From: Peribolospora baueri
Lineage: Eukaryota
Direction: 5' to 3'
NCBI GenBank assembly: GCA_029717555.1
Contig: JAMDHS010000031.1
Location: 1 to 64,000 of the forward strand
DNA length: 64,000 bases
A model generated the notes under the pieces. It saw only the letters and a list, made by a program, of their open reading frames with translations. It made no database searches and had not been told where the DNA came from. The position numbers and the translations under genes were made by a program. Shown piece by piece: positions 48,574-59,833 of this stretch (positions are counted from its first letter, which is position 1; each line of letters opens with the position of its first letter).

Positions 48574-50475
48574 GGAGGACCTGGGAGGAGACGCTGAGGA
48601 CCGTCCTTCACTTCCAAGAAGTGTGGCACGCGTCTACACGAATGGTTATGTGTACCGACGACACCGATGGTGAATTGCATGCAGATGGTAGCGACGTAGT
48701 GACTGGCTGTTCCCTCCGTCCCTTTTCTTTCGTATTGTCGTCGACGTCGCGCTCGTCTGTACGGCACGTCATGAGGAAGGGAGGGCCTGCTACAGTCAAC
48801 CCTGTCTATAAGCATAAGAGTTGTGTAGCCCGAGTGCTATGCAATATGCGGGAGGTTGACTACCCAGAGGGGTCTATGCATATTTGCCGCAGTCGTTACA
48901 GTCGATAGCGTCCATCAAGACATGAATTCCAAGCTTTACTATAGAGTATGTACACGTCATAACACAACCATGTTCAAGAAGAAGCGGGTGCAGAAAAGAA
49001 CTATCGAAGATCGGTTTGTTTACGCTGCTCGTTGACATGTTCTTTGAAAGAGATGGTGAAACGCGGACAAGCACCCACGTGTAGTAATGTTAGAACTGAC
49101 GTGCATGGACGGAAGTGTATGTTACTGGTTCGTTGTTGTTAATGAGAGCATACAAAGAGGAAAACCGCAGTAACGCCGTTTGCCTACACAGTCATGTCCG
49201 CTTTCAGCCGCGTAACCAAGGTGCACGTGACCCTCAACCCTAACTATGCATGCCGAGGGCGCATAACTGGTAAGGATGTCAGTGCTATGCAATATGCGGG
49301 TATGCCAGCTTGCATATAGACCGGTATTTTGGCTGGGAGCAGTCAATTTTTGGCTGGGGACAAGCGGGAAAAGGAGATCGCTATACACATGGACCCATAT
49401 GCTGACAGACATGGTTGACTGTACCTCGCTCTCTCTGCCTTGAGGCTCTGCTCCATCGACCGTGGGACGTTGAGCGAGCGGAAAAAAAGGACGCCCTGGC
49501 GCGGCCCACTAGTGTTTTGGAATTTGAGCCGGCGGCACTCGCTTCGCTTCTGCTGCGGGCCCTTCCCATTGTTGCGTCTCTTTATAGTCCCTCTAGGCTG
49601 TTCACGGCCTGTATATACGGACTTGCTAAGCGGATTAATCCATCCATCCATCCATCCAACATGGAGCACGAAGACGAGGATCGCTTCTTTCGGGAGCGTG
49701 TCGACACGCGCAGCAGCAAGGCGAGAGTATCTCGGCCCCTGTCCAGTCGGACGTCTGAATATCCGCTCAGGGGGCGAAGATCGGCCTCAAAACGCCGCCC
49801 CGGCATCAATCACGCCAGCATTTTAGTATTTGGTCGGGACAACGATCCAAGGTAAAACACAAAGTGTAGAAAACGCCGTGCAAGGTCGGCAAGCGAGCGC
49901 GGATGCCGGCCTATGAGCTAGCGTGGACGCCGGCCTATGTGCATGCGCCGCCATTCCCGCCGTTCGCTCCGTTTTGTGGCGACGTCAAGATCCGATGGAT
50001 CGGGTCAGGCACGCCGGTGGGGACGAGATGCGCGCCCACCCGCTGGCCCGCCCGCTCCCCGTCGTCCATCTCCACGACGCCGACGCCAGCGTTTTTTTTT
50101 TCGGGACGAACGTAGAGGCTCGTTGGAAAGGCCAGAACTTTTGCGCCCTTCGGTCTCGCCGGCTCTTTTTTGGGACGCACCGGCATGGAACTGGAATGGA
50201 CCAAGACACGTCGTCGTCCCCAACGCTACGCAAGCCGTCCCGCCGTCGCCCGCGGGCATAAAGGGAGGACCTCAGACAGCTTCAACGTCCTCTTTGATCT
50301 TCATCCCATACCGTTCCTTTCACCTTCTCCCGAGCCGGGCTCGTTTCTTGTTGTGGCCTTTTTGCTTTTTCGACTGCAGCCGGACTGCTTCACCACTTCT
50401 TTTTTTTTTTTTTTTTTTATCTTGGGACCTTCTCTACCGCGCCCTTAATCTCAGTCACACTCCCTTCTGTTGACC

Positions 50476-51360
50476 ATGGTCACCTTCAGGAAGGTCGCGT
50501 TCGCCATCGCGGCCGCGGCCGTCGCTCTTGTTGCCCTCCCTCAGGGCCCTGCCAACGCCCTCACCATCCCGGCTAACGTTCGGTTTGAGCGTGCCCTTGC
50601 TCAGAATGACGTCGTCGGCGTTCGCGCCGTCGCCGAGATGGACAATCTCCCCGAATACGTGCCTCGCTTCGTTGAGGTGAGTAAGGCGGCTCGCTCGTCA
50701 TTCAGACCGTCCGTCGGTCGCGTCTTACGGCTGGGGCTCATTCGTCGGACATCTCCGCATTCTGCACGCTGCTTCCACCAGACTGTCGATGGAATGGAGA
50801 AGAGAACGTACCCAACGCCTCCGAAGGTGGACGGTCTGGTCGAGGAGAAGCGGTGGCTCCACGTGAACACCTCCGACCACGGCGGCGAGCACGGCGATAG
50901 GCCCCCCCCTGCTCCTATCCGCGAGACGTTCCCTCACCGTCCCTTCCGTCGCGCCCTTGGCGAGGTGGACGGTCTGGTCGAGGAGAAGCGGTGGCTCCAC
51001 GTAAACACCTCCGACCACGGCGGCGAGCACGGCGATAGGCCCCCCCCTGCTCCTATCCGCGAGACGTTCCCTCACCGTCCCTTCCGTCGCGCCCTTGGCG
51101 AGGTGGACGGTCTGGTCGAGGAGAAGCGGTGGCTCCACGTAAACAACATCACCGGCCACGGGGCGGGTCACGGCGATGTGGCCCCCGCTTCTGTGACTCG
51201 CGTTCATGCGTTCGGTGCTAACGCGAGGGAGATCTCTGGTGACCGTCCCTTCGGTGAGTTAGTCGACTCGCTTGTTAATGGAGTCGTCGGTCGCGTCTTA
51301 CGACTGGAGCTCACATTCATCGTGCATCTGCGTCCACAAAACACCCCATCAGACTCTTGA
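50476..51360 (+). CDS. Secreted KEX2-processed repeat protein (KEP-type peptide precursor)
   Basis: Signal peptide MVTFRKVAFAIAAAAVALVALPQGPANA. Exons 50476-50676, 50782-51253 and 51353-51360 (226 aa). Three VDGLVEEKR|WLHVN units plus an MEKR site. Confidence 0.85.
   Translation: MVTFRKVAFAIAAAAVALVALPQGPANALTIPANVRFERALAQNDVVGVRAVAEMDNLPEYVPRFVEVSKAARSSFRPSVGRVLRLGLIRRTSPHSARCFHQTVDGMEKRTYPTPPKVDGLVEEKRWLHVNTSDHGGEHGDRPPPAPIRETFPHRPFRRALGEVDGLVEEKRWLHVNTSDHGGEHGDRPPPAPIRETFPHRPFRRALGEVDGLVEEKRWLHVNNITGHGAGHGDVAPASVTRVHAFGANAREISGDRPFGELVDSLVNGVVGRVLRLELTFIVHLRPQNTPSDS
50827..51143 (+). repeat. 138-bp coding tandem repeat, two near-identical copies plus a partial third
   Basis: Units start at 50827, 50965 and 51103 (GTGGACGGTCTGGTCGAGGAGAAGCGGTGGCTCCAC). 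The only difference noted between copies 1 and 2 is a synonymous GTG/GTA. Confidence 0.95.
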
Positions 51361-52580
51361 AGAACGGCGTTGGGTTCCGATGCTTTCCCCGATCAATGAG
51401 ACCGCAGAGGACGGAACGAACCCCGCCAAGTTCGTGCCGGGACAGGAACAGGGATCGTCACGGGCGGAGGCCAGGGTCCCCTACAGGTGATTCGCCGGAC
51501 GGGACCACGGCGAGTGTGGGCGGAAGACGTTAATGAGTCTCGATTAAAAATAATCTAAAACTTCGATTGCTATAATATTAATTTTCGCAATCGCTCATTA
51601 TAACGCGAGGACGGTCGGAAATCTAATTAAGGAGATGTAGGTGGGAAGAAAGTGGACGACGTTGTCCACGGGCGGCGTTTTTAGGCAGGACAAGCCCGCA
51701 CTAGCCGCGGTCGGCCGCTGTCATGACGGTGATCTACCGAGATGACGGAGCCTAGGGCCCTCAGATGCCGCTTCATGTCCCCATTTGAAATATGGATTCC
51801 TCTAGACAGAGCCAATGCACGCAACGGGGCAGGCGAGTCAATGTGAGCCAAGGCTCACAGTGATCGTGTCTCGAATCGGCCAGGTCAATCTTTGTCAGTC
51901 TGTCTAGTCTATGTTGGCAGCCAGGCGTGGGGCGTGGGCGTGTTCCGTCGTGTTGGAGAGGACACGAGCAGGGCTGAACTTGATAGCTCAGCCCAGTTCA
52001 CAACGAGCCTGGCTCGAGCAAACGAACGACGAAAGCCGATTGCGATGGTGGGTATTGGCGCCGTAATGCAACCTCATCGCCGAGAACGATGGATAATGGA
52101 TCGGAAGGAAGGAGGACGTTGAAAGGCGTTCAGCCGGTGACACGGAGGCCGAAACTCAAGCTGGCCGGACCGCGATGCGGACGGGTCGGAGACGTCTCGG
52201 TACATGAGCGCCCATGCAAATGTGGGCCTTGTGCACGTCCCAGCGTTTGCTTCCCTTGTCCGTCAACCTCGCACGGCGCAAAGAGGACGAAGGACGGCCG
52301 ACGGTGTCTCTTCTTCTTCTTCGCCCGTCGGCCGTCGCGTTCGCGTCGTCGTCGTGCCCGCAAGATAACCTTGGCAGCTGCGGCAAGCCTCCTCAGATCG
52401 CTGATCGCGCTCCCCCCTCGTCGGCGTGTGCACTCCATTGTCGACCGACGGGGAGGACGACATACCCTACACGTTCTTTCCCTTCTTATTAGCGAGGTCA
52501 ACCCCCCTTAGGCGGATTGCTTTTTTACCATCTCATCCGCCGTACGACCCCTTCGATCTGCACCTTTCCGTCGAGCAACC

Positions 52581-54966
52581 ATGGTACCGGAGACGCCGGC
52601 CGACGACGTGGGGCGACCATCCGGCGACCTGGACGGCAAGCCGAGATCGTCGGTGGACGATAACGGTGGGCATTCTCTTGTCCCACTCCCGTCATGCGCA
52701 TTCCTTTTTTTTCTGTCTCCACGGGCATGCGTGCGGAGGTCGATCGGTTCGGGCGATCTTTTTTGCAAGTCTGACCGCACCTTTTTGCTCTCTTCTTTTT
52801 ATTTTTATTTTTTTCCCTTCGGCGATCGCCAGACGATGTCAACTCACGGAAGAGAGAGCGGGAGGGATCGGTAGAGGTGACGACGCCGAGGGTCAGTCGA
52901 CTGCTGGACGGCCGACGTGAGAAACTGAGATGAGGATGCCTGCTGACCTTTCGTCTCCGTCCCCAACGCGACCGTCAGGGCGGCATCACGGACGAGGCCA
53001 AGGCAATGGGCTTGCCTGCGAAGAAGAACCGCCGAGCGATGAGCTCTTCGGAAGCGCAGCCGGTCGCTCCTACTCCTTCGCGACCGTCAGGAGCTGCCGA
53101 GACGGCGATTCGGATTGCTCCGGTAGAGGAGGAGGAAGAGACGGGGGCCAAGGACGACGAGGAGGGGAGCGACGAGGGCGCGGAGAAAGCAGAGCAGGAC
53201 GCTGGGAGGCAAGCGAACGAACAGTTGTCTGAGGAGCCTTCCGAGAAGAGCGACGCCGATGGCGAGGCTCCCGCCAATGAGACGGCCAAGGTCCAGCAGA
53301 TCCGTGAAAAGGTGCAGGAGATGGGATGGGAGGAGGGAAAGGAAGCGGAGAAGAGAGCGGCCGAGGAGGAACCGGCAGAGACTGGGTCTAAGAAGCCCAA
53401 GAGCACTGCGGTGGGTATTGTTTCCCGCCTGTTTCGTATCTGACGTCTGACCCGGAGTCCCGTTCGCTTCTATGCTCTTTCCAGAAATCTTTCGCCGATT
53501 ATGCATCAATGCCCTCTCCCCTCCTTTCCGCTGCCCCAGCCAAGTCCTCCGCTTCGGAAACCTCGTCCACGTCGACCAAGTCATCCTCGCTCGGGTTTGC
53601 CGCCTTTGCAAACGTACAATCTCCTTTCCTCGCCGCCGCTGCCAGGAACGCGGGCAGCAAATCTTCGTCGGACCAAGCCGTCCCGATTGGGGATAAGGCG
53701 GAGGACAAGACCAAGAACTCTCCAACATCACCTCCGTCATCAAACACGCAAACCCCCTCGTCCACCTCTTCCCTTCTCCCACCTCACCCCACCCCCGCCC
53801 TCGGTACCTCACCCGGAAGCTCCGCATTCCGACCTGCCCTCGGCACCACGATGGCGCCCATAACCGGCGGCTTTGCAGCTTTTGCCGGCGCTTCGCCCTT
53901 GTTGAAAGCGACAGCGGGTGCGCGGAGTTCTAGTCCGTTCGCTGCTGCAGCTCCAAAGACGGCGGAGGAAAAGGAGAAAGAGGGAGAGAGGTCAGAGGAG
54001 CTTCAGACGGAGGAAGAAGACGAGAAGAGGAAGTTCCGGGAGAAGCTCGTGGAAAGAGAGCGTGCGTGCTTTCAGTCGGAAGTGTTCTCGAGAACGCGCA
54101 GACGATCTGTCACCGGTGAGCTGACCATTTTCTTCGTCTCTTTTCGCTCATCTTCTCGCCCGGGCCAGTCGTCACTGGCGAGGAGTCAGAGATGGTGGTG
54201 GAATCGTTGCGGGCCAAGCTATACATCATGGGTGAAGGACAGGCTTGGAAGGAGCGCGGAACGGGCACCGTGAGGCTGAACGTCCAGAGGGATGGCTCGA
54301 GGCGGGCAAGACTAGGTGAGCGAGCGAGATCTGTGCAACACGGCGTCCGGAGGGAAAGTCACTGGTTCGCTTCTGACGTTCTCTCATATCCTCTTGGCGA
54401 GTAGTGATGCGCTCCGACGGCGTCTTACGTGTCATCCTCAATGCTCCCCTCTTTGCGGGCATGTCGTGCGAGCTGGTGCAGGAACGGTACGTTCGCATCA
54501 TCTCCATTGAAGAGGGACAGCTTGTCCACTTTGCTATCAAGGTGAGCCATCGTCGGGCCTCCGCATCCTTGCTCCAATGCGGTTCTGATTCTCCGCTGAA
54601 TCTTTTTCTTCCGTTTCCCAGGCCTTCAACGCTCAGTCTGCGACGGCTCTGTACGATGCTATCCAGGATTACATCCCGCTCGAATCTGCCTCCAAGACTC
54701 CGACACCCGCGCCGACGTCTCCGCCGGGCGCCGGGGGGAATGGCAGCGAGGAGAGGGATGGGCAGGACGTGGAGAAGGGGGGAGAGAAAAAGGACCACAA
54801 GAATGTGAAGGCGGGCAAGGACAAAGGGGATGACGAGAGGCTGAAGAAGGAGATCCAAACGGATGGGGATGAGGAAGACGCAGAGGAGGGCGAGCAAGAC
54901 GGAGAGAATGATGTGGACGAGGGCGAGCAAGACAGAGAGAAGGATGTGGACGAGGGCGAGGACTGA
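52581..54966 (+). CDS. Ran-binding-domain protein (Yrb2/RanBP3-like)
   Basis: RKREREGS and PAKKNR basic motifs, GFAAFA (FG-like) repeats. RanBD reads VTGEE-x-E...RAKLY...WKERGTG-x-VRLN...RL|VMR-x-DGVLRVILN. Acidic repeated tail ends at 54966. Confidence 0.85.
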
Positions 54967-55179
54967 ACGATCCATCGGAGACGGAGCATTATCTACCGGG
55001 CGTTGATCTCTTGCACCGTTTCCGCAATGCTCCTTGGTCCGATCGCACTTGTCTTTGCTTGTGCGCCGTCGCCGCTGTTTCACATGATGTCGCCAGGATG
55101 TGAAATATACTCGCATTTTCCTTTTATCGCCTACGAGCAGACATGCGGGTGGACGCATGCTCTCTCGGTTTTTTCTCCG

Positions 55180-56163
55180 TCAGACCTTCTTCGCCCAGGC
55201 CACGTTGGCTACCATCCCAAACCGGGGAGGGCTCCCTCCGAATTTTTCCTTAGTAGCTTGAGCCTGAGCCTGCTTGAAGGCGCCCATCTCGGCCTCTCTG
55301 AGCCCGACGAGGACGGCGTCGGTGGCGGGATTGGTGGAGAGCATTTTGTACATCTCCTCGGCGCTCTTCTTCGGAGGCATGAACGTCGCTTGCACCGCTT
55401 TGCCTTGGACGTCTCCGAGCCCTGCAGCGGATAGGGTGGCCTTGACATGCTCGAGCTTGGTCCAGGGACCAAGGAAGGGAGCGTCATAAACGGAGGGCGC
55501 CGTCTCTCCGGTACCGCGGAGGGAGAAGATGGATGCCTTGGCTTCGTCGATCAGATCATACATGTCCTGGGACTGCCAGGTCGAGAGGAGCGCTACGCCA
55601 CCTAGTTTGAGGACCCGGCGGAACTCGTTCATGGCCGCACCGATGTCTGGGATGAGCATGGGCCCGAAAAGGAGGAGGGCAAAGGAGACCGATTCAGAGG
55701 GCAGGTTGAGGTGCTTGACGACGGGACGCGGATGTAAGCAGAGCGTGTCAGTAGATGACTACTGCCCAGTCGATTCCAGTCCAATCCGATAGCTCACCTG
55801 GACATCCTGTACCTCTGCTCTGTACTTCCCTCCAAGCTCCCCTTTGTCGACAAGCATCTTGTTGACCTCGTCCACCATCCCCTGCGCAAAGTCGACCGCC
55901 ACCACATCGAGTTTGTTCCCCAGCTCGGCCTTCTCCCCATCCGGGCCATACCGATCGATGAGCAAGCCCAGCTCTGTACCTGTTCCACATGCTGCATCCA
56001 GCAGGACGACCTTGTCTCCATCGGGACACGCTTGGAGGGCATGGTCGAGCATAGGAAAGAGGATAACCGGCAAGAAAGCATCGAAGATGCCAAGCGTCAT
56101 TTGAGACGGGTAGTACGCCGCGTGCTCGCTCCATGCCGAGGGCGAGAAGATCTGTCCCGACAT
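55180..56163 (-). CDS. Class I SAM-dependent methyltransferase
   Basis: Motif I VLLDAACGTG, VDFAQGMV, AEVQDVQ|HLNL, EFRRVLK-x-GG...STW. One intron, approximately 55718-55797. Confidence 0.9.
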
Positions 56164-56682
56164 GCTTGAGTGTTTGTTTGGCTGCCGGTGGGTTGGGAGA
56201 AAGAACAAAAGGGCTTAAGAGGGCGTTGTGTGACTGCTGGCTGGGCGTAGTGGTTTCGGGCGTTACAAGCTTGCTCTGATATGTGGAGTGCTGGCGTGTG
56301 GAAACCAACTACGGCCGCAATTAGGCCGCCCGTGCCACGTTCTGGGTCGGCGATCCATGTCCAAGTGCACCGCGGGGGCCGAAGCGCTGGCGCGGGCGTC
56401 ATCTGACGGGAAGGAATGCATGGACGGAAAGAGCTAATTACGTGTGAGGCGGAGAACCGACGGTGGAACGTAACATCGAGCGACCGAGAACCAAGATCTT
56501 CTTGACCGGCGAAATACCGCTCGCCGCAGAGGATCAGAAAAACATCGACGAATCCTACCGACCGCAAGGGCGTGTTTGTTGATAAATGTACAAGAATGCA
56601 GATATATGGAAGATATTGTCTTCAGCGGACGGTCGAGCAAAGCAAGAAGACAGGCGAGAGAGGACGGAAGGAAACCGTCTAT

Positions 56683-59365
56683 CTATGCCGTCGGGGCGGA
56701 GATGGCAGTGGCACCGCGCCGCTGGTAAAATAGCTGATAGGCTTTGCAAGAGAGCACGTCGGAGAGGGAGGCGCGCGTGACCTTGTCGTCGTCAAAACAA
56801 TACCACTGCGGCCAAGGAAGGGGAGGAAAAGGTGAGACCGGTTGACGAACTGATCTGTTCTGACCCAGTGATGATGGAGACCCACCTCGTCCTTCCACTT
56901 TGTAAAGTTGGTATAATGGCCAGTGTTCATGCTGCCCTCGTGAACGACGACCGAAAAAAGGTCATAGACGTACCCAGCCGTCGCGTCACTGCCGTCGTCC
57001 TCCTCTACGCCTACGCCGTTGGACCCGCCGCCGCCGGTCCTAGACCTGTCTTCGCGAACCCACGGGGTGCAGAAGGGTCGCATATCGAGGCGGAGAGGGA
57101 AGCGGACGCGAGTGTCGATCTTGACGGACGAGGTCGTGTGCTCGAAACGCTGCCGCGTGAGAATATCGGCAGGACGCCACGACGATCAGTCGCGGTCGAT
57201 CGGACCAGACCGTCGCCGCCCGCTCACCTTCAATTGGATACTGAGAACCATGGGCAGCTTGCGAAGGCTCAGCTGCTTGGTGGCCTGAGCAGAGTTGGTT
57301 CCACACTTGGCACAGGCATATGCCTTGGTCGAGAGCGCCTCTGGCGAGGTGTACCTGGGGACGGGAGACGGACAGACAGAAAGGTCAACGACGGAACGGG
57401 GGTTGATGAGTTCGCGAAGGAGAATCCGGCTCACCTCATCAAGCAGCCCATCAAAGTGCCTTCCTCGCTCGTCCCGCCGTCCCCTCCCGCTTCCTTGGCA
57501 TCCTTTTTCACGTCTTTGCTTCTTTTCTTCCCCTTTTTTGCCTCAACCGCCCCCTCATCCTTGCCGTCAGCGCCTTTCTTCTCCGGGCGTACGTCCAAGC
57601 TGATGTCCAACAACGGATCCCTCACGCTCGTCACGTTCCCACAACGCCCGCAACGCACGTCACTCTGCAGCTGTCCGCAAAAAGTTGCGTGTACGGGACA
57701 AGGACAGAGGTTGGGTGGCGTCTCGGCTCGAGAAAGTGGTCGAGGGTCATCGCTGTCGCCGTTGCCATTCGCTGTTCCGCTGCTATCTCTCCGCCGTCGA
57801 GTCCTCGGCCGAATGCCGGGGATGCGATGGCCAGAGCGCTCGAAACCCGAATGCATAGCGTCGAGTGCTGAGATGAAGAGCTCGTGCGCGTCGTGCTGCG
57901 CGTATCCCGTGCTAAGCTCTGATGCTTCTCTGGCCGTCCACATCGAGTAGAGGAAGGTAGTGGGTGCAAAGGCGAGGGGAGCTGGCTTGGACTCGTCAGT
58001 TCTGGCGTAGAACTGTGAGGGAAGAAGAGAAGTTAAGTCAGAGGCCCTCCCCGCACAAATACCTCACGTCGACACACTCACCTCAGATACCACGCGATCC
58101 ATCTCGCATGCTACGCATCCCGAGACGCCGCACAGCTCCGGGTTGTGTCCGTCGCCGAGAAAGAAGTTGCGCAAGGGAGGGTTATGAAGGAAAGACTGGA
58201 TGATGACATTCAGATAGCAGGTGTTGCCAAGGTTCCGCAAACCGCGAGGAGCTGAACAAGCGGGGAAGCAAGTGAGTCGGAGGTCAGTAGGATGCCCGTA
58301 TGATTGCGTTCGATAATAGAGCGGAGGCGTACTCACCGCGGCAAGACAGAGCGGAATCGTTGACAGCAAAAATCTTATCAGGGTCCTCTTCCGCGCTGCG
58401 CTTCTTACCCTTGTCCTTGTCCCTGCCTGCATTCTCCTCCGGAGGAGTGCGCCGGCCGTTAGTGGCAGAGGTGAGGGAAGCCTCGAGCTCCTTGCGCAGC
58501 GCTCGCTCAAAGCGCGCATCGTATACAATATCATCGCAGGCCGAGCAGAAGAGCGCGCCAGTGGTCATGTCCACGGCTGCATAATGACAGAGGAGGCAAA
58601 GAAGAGGAGTAGCGCGTCAAGCCATCGAGCACTATGAGACTCTCTCTTCTCGCCAGATCCCTTCCGGTCATTGCCAATTTTCACTCACCAAAGCCAAGTC
58701 CATCGTGATCGTCCGCAAGATGTTCTCCAATATGACCTCCCTTCCAGCAGGCGGTGAAGGCGCAGGTTAGACAGAGGAACGGTTGTTGCAGCGTCTTGCC
58801 ACACTTTGGGGTCATACAGGCCGGGTGAGGGAGCTACACGATAACACAGGGAAGAAAAGAAGACGAAAGAGAGGAAAAAAGCATGACGATAACGACATAT
58901 TTGTGAGCGGTTGTCACCAAGTCAAATCGGCGATCGACCTCGCCGCGCCGTGTCTGTCACAATCACACTGACCTTTCCGTCCTTGTTAGACAGCGGCGTG
59001 CCGTCCTCCGCCCAATGGCCAGCACCGGTGCGCATGCCACGTACAACCCTGACGCCCCACCGTATGGCCGCCTTGTACCGAGAGAGCAGGGTCAAGAGAT
59101 GTGCGGGCGTTGTGCCTTGCTCCGATGTGCCCGCCTCGCCCTCGCTCTCGGGCTTGCGGGCGAGAAGATGCCGGCAGCCGATCGCGATGGGACGATGGGA
59201 TGACGATGAAGCGGAAGAGCTTGGCGTGGGCACAACCGTACTGTCTCCGACCATCGCAAGTGCGCTCTCCGTCTCGTCGCCGCCGATGCCGGGGCCCTTG
59301 CCGAGCTCGCCGGATGATGCGGTGGACGGGTGGGCCGCCGTCTCTGCTTGCGGGCCGGGTGACAT
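56683..59365 (-). CDS. UBP8: Ubiquitin-specific protease Ubp8/USP22-like (ZnF-UBP plus USP domain)
   Basis: ZnF-UBP exons (CLTCAFTAC, FCSACDD), Cys box GLRNLGNTCYLN, QHDAHE, His box VVVHEGSMNTGHY, WYCFDD, AYQLFY. Confidence 0.9.
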
Positions 59366-59833
59366 CTGAGAATCGATTGCAGGATCTTGATGCAGTGTCG
59401 TGGGCGTGCAACTGCTGAGAATGTCGAGAGCCTTGCCACTTGCCCAAGGTGAGCGAACGGCGCGGTCAAACGGGCGCAACAGAGATGGGGCCAGTCGCCA
59501 GACCCGTTCGCAGCGCTCCGGGCGATGCCACGAAACGGTCAAGCTTTGCACGGCGGCTTTGCGTCGAGCTGCCGTCGGCGACGAAGGCGTCTGGCGTGCC
59601 TGCGAGGCCGGGGGAGAAGGAGGAGGGCGGCAGCGAAGATTGGAGTCGTCCGTCCGACACCTTGCTCGTTCCTCCTCCCTTCGACGACGGGGTCCACTCC
59701 GGGTCCATATCTGGAATGCATCGCCGCAGCAACTCCGGGCATCGACGTCGATGCTGTCCATCCTCCTTCTTTCCTCCATCGCGGCAGCGACGAGGAAATA
59801 AACCCATCCGCCCAGCACCGTTTGCCATCGGAC

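Noticed and set aside
50827..51143. Mating pheromone precursor or CRISPR-like array
   Set aside because: No CaaX ending as in basidiomycete lipopeptide pheromones, no Ste13 dipeptide spacers and no receptor nearby. The repeats are coding and lack unique spacers.
50476..56163. Dikaritin/RiPP biosynthetic cluster (precursor plus methyltransferase plus MFS)
   Set aside because: No DUF3328/UstY oxidase, tyrosinase or peptidase seen. The methyltransferase is separated by a housekeeping RanBD gene and the MFS is 10 kb away.
56832..57950. 372-aa plus-strand ORF
   Set aside because: Antisense shadow of UBP8.
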